Shown piece after piece: positions 36,824 through 50,161 of a DNA stretch of 64,000 nt. The stretch comes from Gonapodya sp. JEL0774 (Eukaryota). Location of the stretch: positions 1 to 64,000 of the forward strand of contig JADIIX010000028.1 of NCBI GenBank assembly GCA_027604505.1, written 5' to 3'. Position 1 is the first letter of the stretch, and every line of letters begins with the position of its first letter. A program made the position numbers and the translations under genes. The notes under the pieces are model-generated. The model ran no database searches. It saw nothing but the letters and a program-made list of their open reading frames with translations, and was not told the DNA's origin.

Positions 36824-39800
36824 ATGCTTCCGTCCCTCATTTCCCCTCCGGCGCTAGTCTCCCAAGAGGAACGCCCCTCTGGGTCCGGAATCATCTCCAA
36901 AACCGCGGTGCGTCACATCGTCAGCCAGCAGCAAAGCCCCACGCGCCATCCTCCCCCGGAATCGAGTCGGGAACTCCAACTCGTCAGAGATTCTCCAGTC
37001 CGACCTGCTACCGCACCACCTTCCCAATTTTCCGGCGGTGAAACTCCCATGCGGTCACCGTCTACCCAGCTGCGGGCCATGAACTCCCAACCAGGCCAAA
37101 ACCTCACCATCACCACGCGCAACCCACACCTACAGCATCATACAGACCTCAACTCACAGCACCAGCCACTCGTTCAACAACGCCGCTCCTACGACCATAA
37201 CTCTGCTTCGTCTGTCAACTGGCATGATTACTCTTCCTCGTCGCCCGCCAACGCTCGCCTCAACCACCCTCACACCGCTCCGAGCTCCTCCCTCGGTGCA
37301 GCAAACACGAGCCAACCACGCAAGTCCATGTCCTCCACGTACATGACAACCGCTACAAACTCATCCACGTACTCGCTGTCCGCGTCTGCATCCAACTCTT
37401 CCTTTGCCGCGACGTCCACAGACGCCTTTTCCGACCAACCCGACGACGAGCTGCCTCAATCGGTGGCAGAGCACATTCCTTTCAGTACACTTTCCTTCGA
37501 GGATGACCCGGACGCTGAGTTTCAGCCGGATAGTAATCACCAACGGGAAGGCCCGCGTACCCAGCTGAACGGAACGAACGAACACTACAGGGCCGTCCAC
37601 AAGCAAGAAGAAGAAGACGATTTTACGGACGATGCGCTCATCGTTGTAGAGGATATCTCTGCGGTAGATGCTGTGGAGGAGGTGATCGCAGATGAGGACG
37701 ATTGGGAGGTGGAAGGTCACCAACGGACGTACTCACACCTTCGACCAACCGCCGGGCCCAGTCAGACGCCTTCCAACCGCATGAACCTTCCTACCTCGTC
37801 GTCGGCTGGCTCCGGGACTTTTACCACCTGGACGCAGTCGTGGCCTGCTGTTGCCGGCTCCCCTGCTCCTCTCGCTACCACTCGCACGTCGGCCTCCTCC
37901 CCAGCATCCCGTGACAGCAGCCCTGCTGCACGTACCCGCTGGCGTCGAAAGACGGAGGACGTCTCAAGTTCCGGATCGCAAAGGCCTGTAGATCCGGAAC
38001 AGGTGTTGGCGCGTGCTTCGAGAGAATCCACGAGCACGGTGGTAGACGACGGGTTGGGGGATGATGAGTTGGAGGCTCATGGAGCGAAGAGAGAGGACCT
38101 GGTACGAATGACGGAGGACATGAGGCGCAAGGTTGGAGAACGCGATGTGATGAGAGAAGCTTCACTGTCGTGAGTCCATATTCCCAAGTGCCCTTGCTCC
38201 TGCTCACTTCTTGTCTGTAATCTCTGAACCACTCCCACCTTGCTCTTACCGATATAGTGATGCTCCAATCTCGCACCTTCTTCGACGGTTCTTGTGTTCT
38301 TCGTTCGACTTTCGGGGGCTGGGAGTGGATGATGCCCTCCGCCGGTTCTTACACCACTTTGAGCTTCCAAGGGAGAGCCAGCAGATTGATCGGATGATGG
38401 ACGCATTTTCGGAGAGGTACTGGCGGTGTAATACTGCTGGGTGGCTTAGCAAACGTGAGTGTCGAGGAATGTATTTGCTTGCAGTAAGGTTATCGGTTGT
38501 CCCACCACGTTGCGAGTTGCATATTGACTAACCGCTTTGGTTTCTTTGCTACTACGCACTTCTTTTTAAGATGAACCACACGTTCTCTCGGCTTCTTTGC
38601 TGATGCTAAACACGGATCTTTACTCGCCCTATATCAGGAAGAAGATGTCCCGGGAGGAGTTTGTCGAGAACACAAAGTTCGGAAAGTTTGGTAAAGAACT
38701 TCCTAGTGAGCTTCTCGAGGTATGTACAAGCGTGCAAGGGCACCAGTGTCTCTTTTCTCCTCTCGGCTGCACGATGTTGTTGAGTTGTCACTGATGAACC
38801 TCTATCTATCTACGAACATGTAAATTCTACAGATTCTCTACGAGAACATCAAATCTCGTCCTGTCTTGTCGCTCAACTCGTCTCCATCTCTTTCGTCGAT
38901 CGTGCGGCCCATTCCAAAATCCTCCTCTCTGCCTAACTCCTCCGCACCTCCATCTCGAGCGATGTCGCCACCTCCAAGCTCTCAAGCGCAGCAACCTCCA
39001 CCTTTGACTCCCCGAGCGGCGTTTCGAGCTCTTGCAAGTCTCGCTTGGAATCCTTCGAACGGATATATCGCCACGTCAGGAAGCATGGGGCCCAAAGCCG
39101 AAGAAGTGGATGCGGCTCAAGAAGCTGAGAGGCGTGCTGCCAAGGACGAAGTTGCACGGGTGATGGCTATGCGTGCAGTGGTGGGGGTCGGACGATGGGA
39201 CGGTAGCTCTTCGGTAGGCCGCAGGTCTGATGGAAGCAGGCGCGCTAGATCCCAAAGTGGGGCGACTAAAAGTGGAGGAAGGGTAACGCCATCTGGTGGA
39301 ACAAGGGAGAACGAAAAAGAACGAATTGGAATGGGCGCTCAGGGGCGAGCAAGGTACACACAGATTTCCAGACATGCATCGTTGTTGGGCGCGAAATCGG
39401 TGAGCAGGGAGGGGACTCCGGGTCATCTAGGAGAACCATCCTTAGGTGTGGCTGGACAACTGAGTTTGCCCAGGTCGGCGACCATGCCCGACCATACTGT
39501 TGTTGGTGGAGACGATGGAAAGAGGGCGAGACCAAGATCTATGGTTATAGGTGGTCCGTCTCAAGGTGGTGATGCCGCCCCCACGTCAGGTGTCGACCCG
39601 TTGATTCTGGCGGAGGCGCTGGCTGATCACACGCGAACTCAGAGCACCGGGCATACGAGGTCGGCATCTGTGGCAGCGGGATCTTCCAGTCGCCCGTTCT
39701 CGTTGGCGGGGGATTACTCAACCATCCATGGGCCTGTGGGAGGTGTTGGTGAGCACGAAGAGGGTGATGAGACCGCAATCCTGCCGTGGTTTGATGGAAA

Positions 39801-40440
39801 GGCTGATGGACAAGAGACAGGTACAAGCGGTACAACCACGGCGGGTCGCCCTTCGACCGCCTCAGGTGGCTCCCAGTTGGACGCGGAATCGGACACTTCT
39901 GAAAAGGCATCCCTTCCCCCTCCAATGTCAGCAATAGCGACAAGGCCACCGTACTCAGAGCCTGCGAAGCTTGTTCTCGACCCAGCCACGGCGACTGTCA
40001 TGGTTCACCAACCGCCGTTCAGACAGGTCGGTCGAGCAATACCCTTGTTTGCCGCCGTGGCGCTGCGCCGACCAGACGAGCCTGGAGGGTGGCGTCTTTG
40101 CACATCTGCTGGCAAAGAGTTCCCATTCGCAATGCTGGGTGGGGAATCGGAATGCGATCAGTGGTGTGCGGCGGTGAATGCTGTGTGCGCCAATCGAACT
40201 GTCCGGGACTGTGCCATGGATGTTTTAGGCGCGATTGCTGCACGTGACAAGGAAGTTGAACGGCTAGAAAGGTCGGTGAGGTTGGTGGAGCAAGTGGGAG
40301 CGACAAGACCTCTGACGCCCTGGGGTAAGAGGAGATGGCGAGAAGTGGTACAGCGAGGATTGGGAGAGTGTTGGAGTGCTAAAGTCGGTGTTGAGAGGGC
40401 TGACGTGTGGCTGTGGTGGTTGGAAAGCAAGGGGCTGTGA
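36824..40440 (+). CDS. Sec7-domain ARF guanine nucleotide exchange factor (Syt1/EFA6-like), with a possible degenerate C-terminal PH domain
   Basis: FDFRGLGVDDALRRFLHHFELPRESQQIDRMMDAFSERYWRCN (catalytic Glu), LMLNTDLY, KKMSREEFVENT; C-terminal ECDQWCAAVNAV is PH-helix-like. Confidence 0.85.
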
Positions 40441-41135
40441 GAAGACTTTGACGCATGAAATCGTGACCTCGAAAGTTGATCATGGATCATTTTTCTCAGG
40501 CGACATGATGCGATGGATTAATATGGGTAATATGAGCACTGTACTACTCGTTTATGCTTGCAGTCTTCACTGGAGGGTAGATCATGGTACTGTGCACCCG
40601 TGTGCACACGTGATTTTCAAGTTGTATGAAGTTGATTCAAACACCAGACATCATAACATGAACAAGAAGGTCAGAGGATCACGGCCTCGTCCATGCACGG
40701 ATATAGGATGGAGCGTTAGGATTGCTCCAATGAAACGGGGAATTCCATCAGCATGTACAGACGAGTGTTTTGAGATCATTTGTGCAATATAATCTGAGAA
40801 CAAATGTCTGCATTTATCTCAGCAGAACTCACAATGTTCGAACAGCGCTGTTTCCGGAGTCTTAGGAATTATACATCGGCCGGCGGACTGCTGAAAGGTA
40901 ACCCGAACACTGGGAGAACACGTCCTGATCTATTGCGATGCTTGCTTTTTGTGAATGGAGCAACGTGAGGGTCACTCGAAACTCGCATGCATATGTTTGT
41001 GTGCCAGACAATTGACGAGGAACGGGGTCCCCACAGGGTTGATTCAGTGCTCTATGTACATGTATTTGAGATAGGTTTCTGCCAATCACACCGGTGCAAA
41101 GATAATCTAATCTTTCGTTTATAATGCAATGATTT

Positions 41136-44100
41136 TTATGCTGGAGACAACGCATGAGGGTGGAGGACCGATTAGCCAACATCAAAGTCCACTTTCTAAA
41201 ATTGCACATACCATAGTAGTTTTCACCCACAAAAAAGTCTGAAAGGATGTCGAGTTGTTCGAGAGAGAACCTTTCTCATACAAGTTGGATCAGCACACAG
41301 ATTTTCCGGTCGGCTACTGCAAGACTCACTTTTTGACGTCATCGTGCCAAGTGTCGTGATGCTGCGATGAAGATTTTGAAGCATCTTTCTGAGTAAATTG
41401 AGACAACAAGCGTATCTGCATAAGGACTCACAGTTCTCTTAAAGTCTGCTAATGCCTTCTTCGCAGTTGCTCCAACAGGGGCAGGTTCTGATGTAGACAG
41501 CGAGAAATTTGGTGTCCAGCAGTTTGACAAACACTTCGTGGAGATGGCACCCACCTCCAATTGTGTTAGCCAACTTGACCAGAATATTGGGCACAAAGTC
41601 TGGCACAGTGTACGGGAAGGCTTGGACGATGCTGGATAGTCCAAGGACCGCTGCATGTCGCTCAACCAATCTTCCTGGAGGTGGATTTCCGCTACGTCCG
41701 CGAGGGATATCCGTGCGTTTAAGAGTGGCGGTGAACTTTTGCTCCAGCATTTCAATTGAAGATGCCGTGATAAGTCGGAGGATTCCAGAAAGAGTCACTG
41801 CAGCAAGCCTGTCGGCCACGATGAGGGATGCGAAATTTCGGCAATGGAGACACGATCTGCGAAAACTTGACGCGCGGACTCACGATCGAACCTCGAGCTG
41901 AATATCCTCGAGTAGAGCAGAGACAGCATTCATGACCTCATTTACCTGGTCAACGTCCAACAAGTTCAGCTGACGAAAAACGATCACTTGCAGGACAGGC
42001 AGCGTTCTCGACCGAATATGCCACGATTGCGCAGCTCTAGTTTGCTCCGTGAGCGCAGACAAGGCGGTGGACACTAGTTCTTTTGGCAAGGGAAGCCTAG
42101 AGTACAGAGTGAGAGCACTTGTAGCAAGATCTTGCAGGTCTTTGTCATCAAAATCTTGTGCCAAGAACGTCTGTGGAATCAAACTTTGAATGTATGGATA
42201 CGTTCCAGACATGCGAATACCGCCGAACGCAGCTAGCTGCCAGTTTAAGACTGTTAAAGACGAGTGGCATAAATTAATTTTGGTTAATACTCTTGGAACG
42301 ATGGGTAATCTTCAACCGTCACCTGTCTTTGCGGCGTTTGCATAGTCGGTAGGACCGACATATCCTGATGTCCTCTGCGCCTGTGCAGTTATACGCCAGT
42401 CTGAAAACTGAGACACGAGTTCTAAAATTATGGACTGCATCTCGTTGTCTAGAATCGTGGGTGCCCCCAAAGGACTATCGGAAGATCTCATGACCAGGTT
42501 TCTCTTTAAGAGCGCCGATGGAGAAGATGCAGATACGGACCACCGAATCTGGGTCAACTCATTTAAAGTAGCACCGATAGCATCTCGAACTTGCTTGTAC
42601 GGATGCCGAGAAGCTCCTAAGAGAGATTGAATGTGCGGCGTCGACAAGTGTTTCAACCGCCAATTCAATGTAGAGAGAGTTGTTCGAAGCAGATACAGCT
42701 TTTTTGATTCCATCGAAAAGGATTGACTGTTTGGATCGAGTCTCCACCCCAGGACAAAAGTTAGTACCGGTTGTACACGACGGGGATCGCGATTGTTCTA
42801 TTGAGAACAAAGCAACGGTGAATCTACGGTGGCGTGGACAGTCGCGCGAAATATCTTACGAAAATATAGCGCAAGAACGAATCCCAATATGACAAGGATT
42901 CTATGGTACAGTTGTGAAGGGTTTGTTGCACCAATGCTTCATAATCAAATGGCACATGGATCAACGGAGAGTTGCTTCAATCACCAGGTTAAAGAACTCA
43001 CGGGCAACCCAGGCCCACATGGCTGCAAGAGACTCCCAGGCCCAGTGCTTTGATCCCCGGATCAAACCTCCTAAAAGCTCTGCGACTGTGCGTTGTTTAT
43101 TCTTGTCCTGATACTCCGAGGCGAGAGAAACGATTGTCGGCCGCACAGAATCCAGGAACCGATCTTCGAACAATTGAAACACAGACTTGTAGAATCTCGA
43201 AGTGATTCCACTGAAGTTGTCGGCGACTTCGAAGCCATCACGGCCTGTCGCTTCTTGGGCCATAAAGTTGGAAAATTTTGACCAGAACGCGGGGTCCGAA
43301 AAAGTTTTCTCAAGGTACAGCGCTGCATCTTGAGACAATGGATCTATATATGGAAGTCTGGTTGATCGGGAGCGACCCGCGCTGCCGTACACTTTCAAGG
43401 TATCAGGCCAGCAATACCAGCCACTGCGAGTCTTGTCAGAGTAGTGACTAACATTCGTGGTGGGCAATGCTCCAGTCAGTATTGACATTGAACATTCGGC
43501 GAACAGAACGCTCACAATAATGACATATCGCTTTCCGTTGCTTGCTGCAATCCCATTTTCAGGTAATCCTCAGTCCAGTGAGGCTGAGTGCGTATCGTGT
43601 CATCCAGATGTTTCGTGATTTCCACGGATATACTTCGACCACCAACTACCACCCCCGCCCGCTTTTTTAATAGATACAGTAAGCGGGCAGTTGCTGGCAA
43701 TGCCGCTTTCCGAATCGCTTCAACGTCCGATACAACAGATTCCAGTAGGATCTCGACGGTTTTCAGGGAGATCGGATCATCCTCGCGGAGCTCCAGTTCG
43801 AGAAATACAAGACCCATACTTTTGATGCGCCAATGAAGTTTGGTTTCTCCGAGAAGCCGAACAAGTTCCGAACTCTGCAGTGAAATGAATGGATGAGAAT
43901 AAAGTGAGTCGATTGAGTCGCTTACTAACGGGGGCCAGTTAGTAATGAAACCCTCACTAGTTCATTTTTGATAAGGCGGTTATTGGATTCTCTCTCCAGA
44001 ACCTTTTCACATATTGATGCCTTTATCACCGCTTTGTCTTCTGTGATTCCCTCATATGCCATAGTTCCTTTCCCGGATAAAGGCGGGGCCTCAAGCGAAA

Positions 44101-47100
44101 GTGTGCTATTTTCGGCGAGAAATTCAAGGAAAACCTTCCGAACGAGATCTAGAATAGCAAACTATCATCAGCAACTCCTGTGCGTTGGTGTGGAGTGGGC
44201 CTCACCTTGCAACTGCGGTTTCTCGATGTGTTGGGATTGCATAAGAGCCCGCATAAACTCTTTCCTGGAAAGCCAATCGCGCACGTAAACCCTGCGGAAG
44301 ATCCCAGTATTCAACATCTGAAGGGCACCCTTTATTCGATCGGACATCTCCTCCTCCCTCTCATCTCCTCTTTTTCGCAGTGCTTCCAAATATTTGGGAA
44401 TCAGGCGAAACTTGAGGGAAGAAAAGATCCGTAGGCACGTTTGAACTGTTGGCAGCAGAGAATGTCGAATTGGAGAATGTCGAATCTTAAGCAGATTCCA
44501 ATTCGTAAAAACTATCAAGTTCGCTACTCACGAGAGCCCTGTGCATAACTTGATGAGACGCGAAGAAGGTGAACGAACAATCACTGCCCGTTACCAAAAG
44601 TAGCGCTGCTCAACAATACATACAGTCGAACATCAGAATAGCGAACGAGGCTCATATTTGCCAGATCTTCCATTAGAGTTATTGAAGTTGTTGTAAGAGG
44701 AACCAACATAGCATTGACTCGCATTCGATTCAAATGCTGGAGGAACATCCGCATGCCTTAAAACAGATGAAATGACATGGACGATCTCTTCGTAGATTCT
44801 CATCAGATGCTGACAGGCAAGGCCCACCTAACAAGTATCTTGGGTATTCCCAGTGACGCTCCACGACTTTCAAGAGACTCTTCTGATAGCGCCAGCCTTT
44901 CAAGATGTTGCTGTACTTCGTTCGGTCGATTCCTCTATCGCTGGAGTATACTTTGATGGCCTACCCAAAGAAATTTATTCGATGAGACGCAGATTCAATA
45001 CGCAAGAGCACGCAAGACAGGAACCTTGATAATGGCCTTCGCGAGCTCTGTGTCATCCGTTCGCGCATTTTGACTCCAGGCGGCAATGGTGTGAAATGTT
45101 TCGCCGATTGTTTCAATCACTGACTCGACATCCGTGTCCTCAAGAACATAATTGGCGGCGAGCATTAGCTCCGTTTGCGGAGTTCCCACATCAGGAGAGG
45201 ACCTGAAAAGGTGAATTCAAATCAGAAACAGATGGAATTGCATTCACGTCTGCAAACCAACAAGTAACTACTTACTTTTGCACGAAACCTGTCTTTCGGT
45301 GTATGAAGGACAAACCTTGAGCCACGTTCCGCAGTACTACAAGCCACTTGACAAACTCTTGCCCGAAAGACTGGCTTCGAGAGTTTTCCGAAGTGTCTGC
45401 CATCATTTTCTGCAGCTTTTCGATTGCAACGGTACTCCACTTTCGGATTAAAGCGTGCGCCCACTGGACTTCCTCCATCGTGGGTTGATGCCAGTTGAGG
45501 TTGACATCAACTGGCTCTGGGGTATCACCCCAGGAAACGGCAGCAAAACCGAGGTCGTTCCACTGACTTGGGTTTAGAGAGTTCAATTCGTTGGGGTAGG
45601 TACCTGTCAAGGAGAGGATGATGTATCTCAAGAGCTTGGCTGACCATCGATAAGCTCTTGCCGATACACTCCGGTTGATGGAGCGGTCAATGAGGTCATC
45701 CAAGAGTTCTTTGTGGCGAAGGATTGCTGGGCCGACATTCTGAACTATATGATAGGATATACTGATTTAAATAGGGAATCATGAAGCATAAGGTCGAAAT
45801 TTGTTCCTACAATCCAAAACATTACGGAAAAAAATATTCTTACCTCTGCCACCAATGCAATGTAAAGTCACTTGGCATAGGTTCATTCGCTGGAGACCAT
45901 TTCGACCCCGCTCCACTCTCCATCTCTGCAGTAATCATCTGAAGAGCTGTCGGCAGGAACTTGGCCAACATCTGTTCAGCACCCCATCCCGCGCTAGTAA
46001 GGGAAGATATAACCCCAATGCACTTGGTGGCGTTGGTTATAACGGAACCTGATGCAAATCGGTAAACTCGCTCTAGAGCTATTCGGTGCAGCTCAGGAGA
46101 GAGTTGCGAAAAGACCAGCTCCACCGTATGAAGCAGCATCTGTATGACATTAGACTCCACAGTTTGCCTGGTAGATGTGTGGAAATTCTGTGGCAAGTTA
46201 TCCAACTAATCGACCCGATGAAAAAGCGTGAAAACAAAGCTCGATGACGAAAAACTTCTCCCTGCGGAGGAATTCCACTCACCATTTTAAACACTTGCTC
46301 TAAGAACTTGATCAGCCAGTCTTCGAATCCGACGGTACTCTCCCTTACTAATTGGTCGGCCTCCGTAAAATCTTCCTCGTCCCACTCTGAATCCCCACTT
46401 GATGTTCTAGCAGTCCTCGTTTCCACGTCGACAGTCATAAAGTCACCTTCCGTCCCCTCCACGAGTGAAACTCCTTGAAGTGCTTCAGATGGAGCTCTTG
46501 TTGGGGGGGGCGTGACCTTGGTTGCATCAGCAAACGGAACATACAAAGCCACATGGCAAATGAAAGTGAGTGTTGCTTGGGATTTCGTGATGTCGTTGAT
46601 ATCGAGCCCAGGTAGGGTAGCCTCAAGGAACTGAAGTAGGTGCGTTGCACCTTGCGGAAAATGCGAACGAGATACTAATGCTGGAGCGATGTGCGAAAGC
46701 ACACCAATTGCAGCGATGACTCTGTGGGTAGATTCTGTGGAGGCAATCGAGGATGACAGGATCTCGATTAGTGGTGGGAGAACTATCTTCGGCGCAAGCC
46801 CTACGAATTCACGTCATTGGAAGATTACAATCATAATTTTGAAAAAAAGACAAAGGAGCTGCCGTCGTGGTGACACTATTGACTTACAAGCCAAGCACTT
46901 GACGGCCGAGCAAGCGTCTGCAACAGCCACGGGATCCTTTCCAAAAATGGCCAGAAACGCCGGAACGCGGATCGCTTCAGCGAAGTCATCTCGTATCTCT
47001 CGCGTCAAGCGAAGATGTGTAGGAGTGGCGCAATTTAGACTACGCTCGGCCCGCCAACGAGACAGAAACTCGCGAGAGAGGTAGTGAAGCTTTCGAACGG

Positions 47101-48632
47101 ACAGTTGCGAATTTCAAGGCTCGTCCCACTTGAGCAGGTTACCAAATATACTCACCAGCTTATTAAGTCCCCTGGTCCAGACTCCAATGTTACTTGGGTG
47201 GTAGTAGGACTCTATTGCGTGAAGAACTGTCTTGATGTGACCGAGCACGCCTAGCTCCGGGACCTGCGGTGCGTGATCAGGGGATTCCGGAGAGGTTGAC
47301 GCCGTGCTAGATACCGGATAGATGAGGTAGACAAGGAAGCGAGCAAGGGACTCGAACCGATCCTGGGTGACAAAGGTGTCAACCTTGGTGAGCCTTGCAC
47401 TGAAACATCTACAAGAAACGACAATCTGAAGAACCTACACCTCCATCACCACCCATTCCACCTCCTGTTCCACTACCACCACCAAACCCACCTCCCCTGC
47501 CCATCATGCCCGCAAAGAATCTCGCTAGACCGGCGCCTTGCCCACCTCCGCCTCTCGAGACATTAGGGCCTGAACCCACGGGCAAGTCCATCTCTCGTAC
47601 CGCTGCTGCCATAATAACCGACACGTCATCTTTCGTCCACCCAACCAACCCCGGTTTTGCTACTTGATCTTGCGCAAGGCGGGCCAGCAGATCGAGAAGC
47701 GCTCCTTGCGGCAAGGTCGGTGTAATGCTCAAGAGGTCGAAAACAGTCGGTAGCCAGTAGAATGGGTACTTTTGAGCCTCGGGAACTTCGTTAAGCTCTG
47801 GAGGTATGGGTGGAGTGGAGTTCGTGGGTAGAAACAAAGCCAACATACTTTGTACAATCATAACGGTAAAAATGTTGTGGTGGGTGTAGTAAGGAAGGAT
47901 GACAGACAAAATTGGCAGAGTTGAGGATGGATCGAAAAATCTGCAAGAGTAATTTGCATTTTGCGGCGGGGCATTTCGACGATCATTCACATACACTAAA
48001 ACGCCGTCTGACGTTTCACCACTCACCGACGTGCTTCCTTCACGAGCTTCGTAACCGCTTGCAAATGAATCGGATTGGCTCCACTTGATCTTTCCCGCTG
48101 TTTCACCAGAATTGCTCCTTTGATGACTTCCCATAAAGGACTCCAATCTATTTCCATCGCTCCAGATGGAAGAATTTCTTCGTTGCTGTATCATAACCAA
48201 CTCATATCCATTAGAGGGGATACGGACAGTCAAAACAGAGGAGAAGAATGTCCACGACTTACGCAAGCAAACGACGGCACCCGTCCGCGTACCGCTCGAT
48301 GATATGCGGATCCATTTTGGGAGTGACAACAACATGATAGAGAGCGTTGATGAGTTTGACCCTATCATCTTGGGGCAATGGGAACTTAAGGTCGAGAAAT
48401 CTGGAGAATTCAGATGAGATCAACGGAGTGAACTAACATACTTCCTGGTATGGACTCACCGCTCGAGTTGCTTCAGCCAATGTAGGCCTCCTGGGGCATA
48501 GTCTCTTGCGAGAAGGGATGTGGATAGACCCGATTTGATATTGTAGAGGAAAGTTGAAACCTCTTCGTCGTGTTCCTTCTTCGACAGGTAGGGAAGGCTA
48601 AGGTTCCAATCATACGATGGGCTTGGCGCCAT
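41136..48632 (-). CDS. BLM10: Proteasome activator Blm10/PA200 (PSME4); many exons
   Basis: SYYHPSN, LPGLDINDITKS, GWYCWP, HPYKQVRDAIG, HAAVLGLSSIVQAFPYTVP, KKALADFKRT|HHDTW, and spliced C-terminus ENYYA* (HbYX-type). Confidence 0.93.
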
Positions 48633-49055
48633 CTGAGAAATAAATTTGTGGAGACTTCCCAAAGGTGAGAATGTTGCCGTCGTTGGGTGACGGGTTTGAC
48701 AAGACGCGAAATATTGGCTGACTTGCGAAACTGACTTGCGCACAACCCTCAAGAAATCTGCATTACATAATCGAGCTCCCATGTAACGACTGCAGATGGA
48801 CATAAAAATCTATCTATGTCATAAGTACGGGACTGTGCACAGACCGCCAAAGAGCGCCAGTACTCACCTACGTGCTCGCTCGAGGAAAATTAGCTCCGTT
48901 GCTCATGTCGTTCAGAAGTATATGGGTACAATGCAGGCGGAAAGCAAAACAATAAATAAATAAAAGGAATAACACAGAGGAGTCGGCTTGGCCAAGCCTT
49001 TCATAGCATGATGTTTGCTTTGCATGTCGAACCTTGAACAAACGAAACCAAATCA

Positions 49056-49879
49056 ATGTCACCCGGTCCAGATTTGAGAGGACGGGTCGCCCTTGTCACC
49101 GGTGGCTCTCGTGGCATTGGTGCAGCCATTTGCTTGCTTCTTGCTGAAGCAGGGGCAGACATCGCAGTAAATTTTCGTGATCAAACCGAGGCTGCCGACT
49201 CCGTCGTCTCTGCAGTGCGCAGAAAGGGCCGCCGAGCTATTGCAGTCAAAGCCGATGTCTCTAAACGCTCGGATGTCACTGCGATGATTCTTTTGGTTTC
49301 AGAGCAGCTCGGTCCCATCGATGTTCTGATCAACAACGCGGGGGTCGCGCTCGTTCGCACCTTGGACGCGCTCACTGAACAGGAGTTTGATGAGACTATT
49401 GCGATTAATCTGAAGTCAGTTTTCTTGTGCACCCAAGCGGTTCTGCCGCATATGCGGAAACAGAAGTGGGGTCGAATCGTGAACATTTCAAGCGGAGCGG
49501 CACGTGGAGGCGGATCTGTTGGACCACATTACAACGCGTCAAAGGCAGGCATGGAGGGAATGACCCGTGGATATGCGGCCCGATTGGTAAAGGAGGGCAT
49601 CACTGTGAACATCTGTGCACCATCGCTCATTCAGACGGATATGATGTCGCAAGGGTTAGCGAATCAGGCCTCCCGCATTCCCATGGGACGGGCAGGGACT
49701 CCTGAAGAGTGTGCAGAAGTGGTGCTTATGCTTGTTGGTCAGTATATCACCCGTGAACCCCTTGCTTACATTGCTCCCTCGTATTAACTCAAGCACACCC
49801 CCCTCGCCTTCTCCCGGTAGGAAATGCATATATGACGGGTCAAACTGTTGCTCTTTCGGGGGGTCTTTCTTTTTTGTAA
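49056..49879 (+). CDS. FabG-like classical SDR (3-oxoacyl-ACP reductase family), bacterial-like; one 3' intron
   Basis: VALVTGGSRGIG, NNAG, YNASK, RIPMGRAGTPEE. An intron at ~49738-49820 restores GNAYMTGQTVALSGGLSFL*. Confidence 0.92.
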
Positions 49880-50161
49880 ACATAAGAGGAGGCAGAAGAG
49901 AAATCAATAAAGATTATTATCATCAGACAATATATGTGGGCCGGTTGAGCAACCCGCACTTCGTCAGTCTGATCCCAACACTAACTGCGACACTACATTA
50001 CTACTTTTACGCTAGGGCGGTCCTCGTTGTTAATCCCAGCCGGGCTGGCCGGGGTCAACCAGTATCGGGAACGCGTCCAGCGCGACCACTGGACCGTATA
50101 CAATCTGTACAATGATTACAATTTGAAATAGACAACATGCCAAAATGTGGTGATCCGTAGA

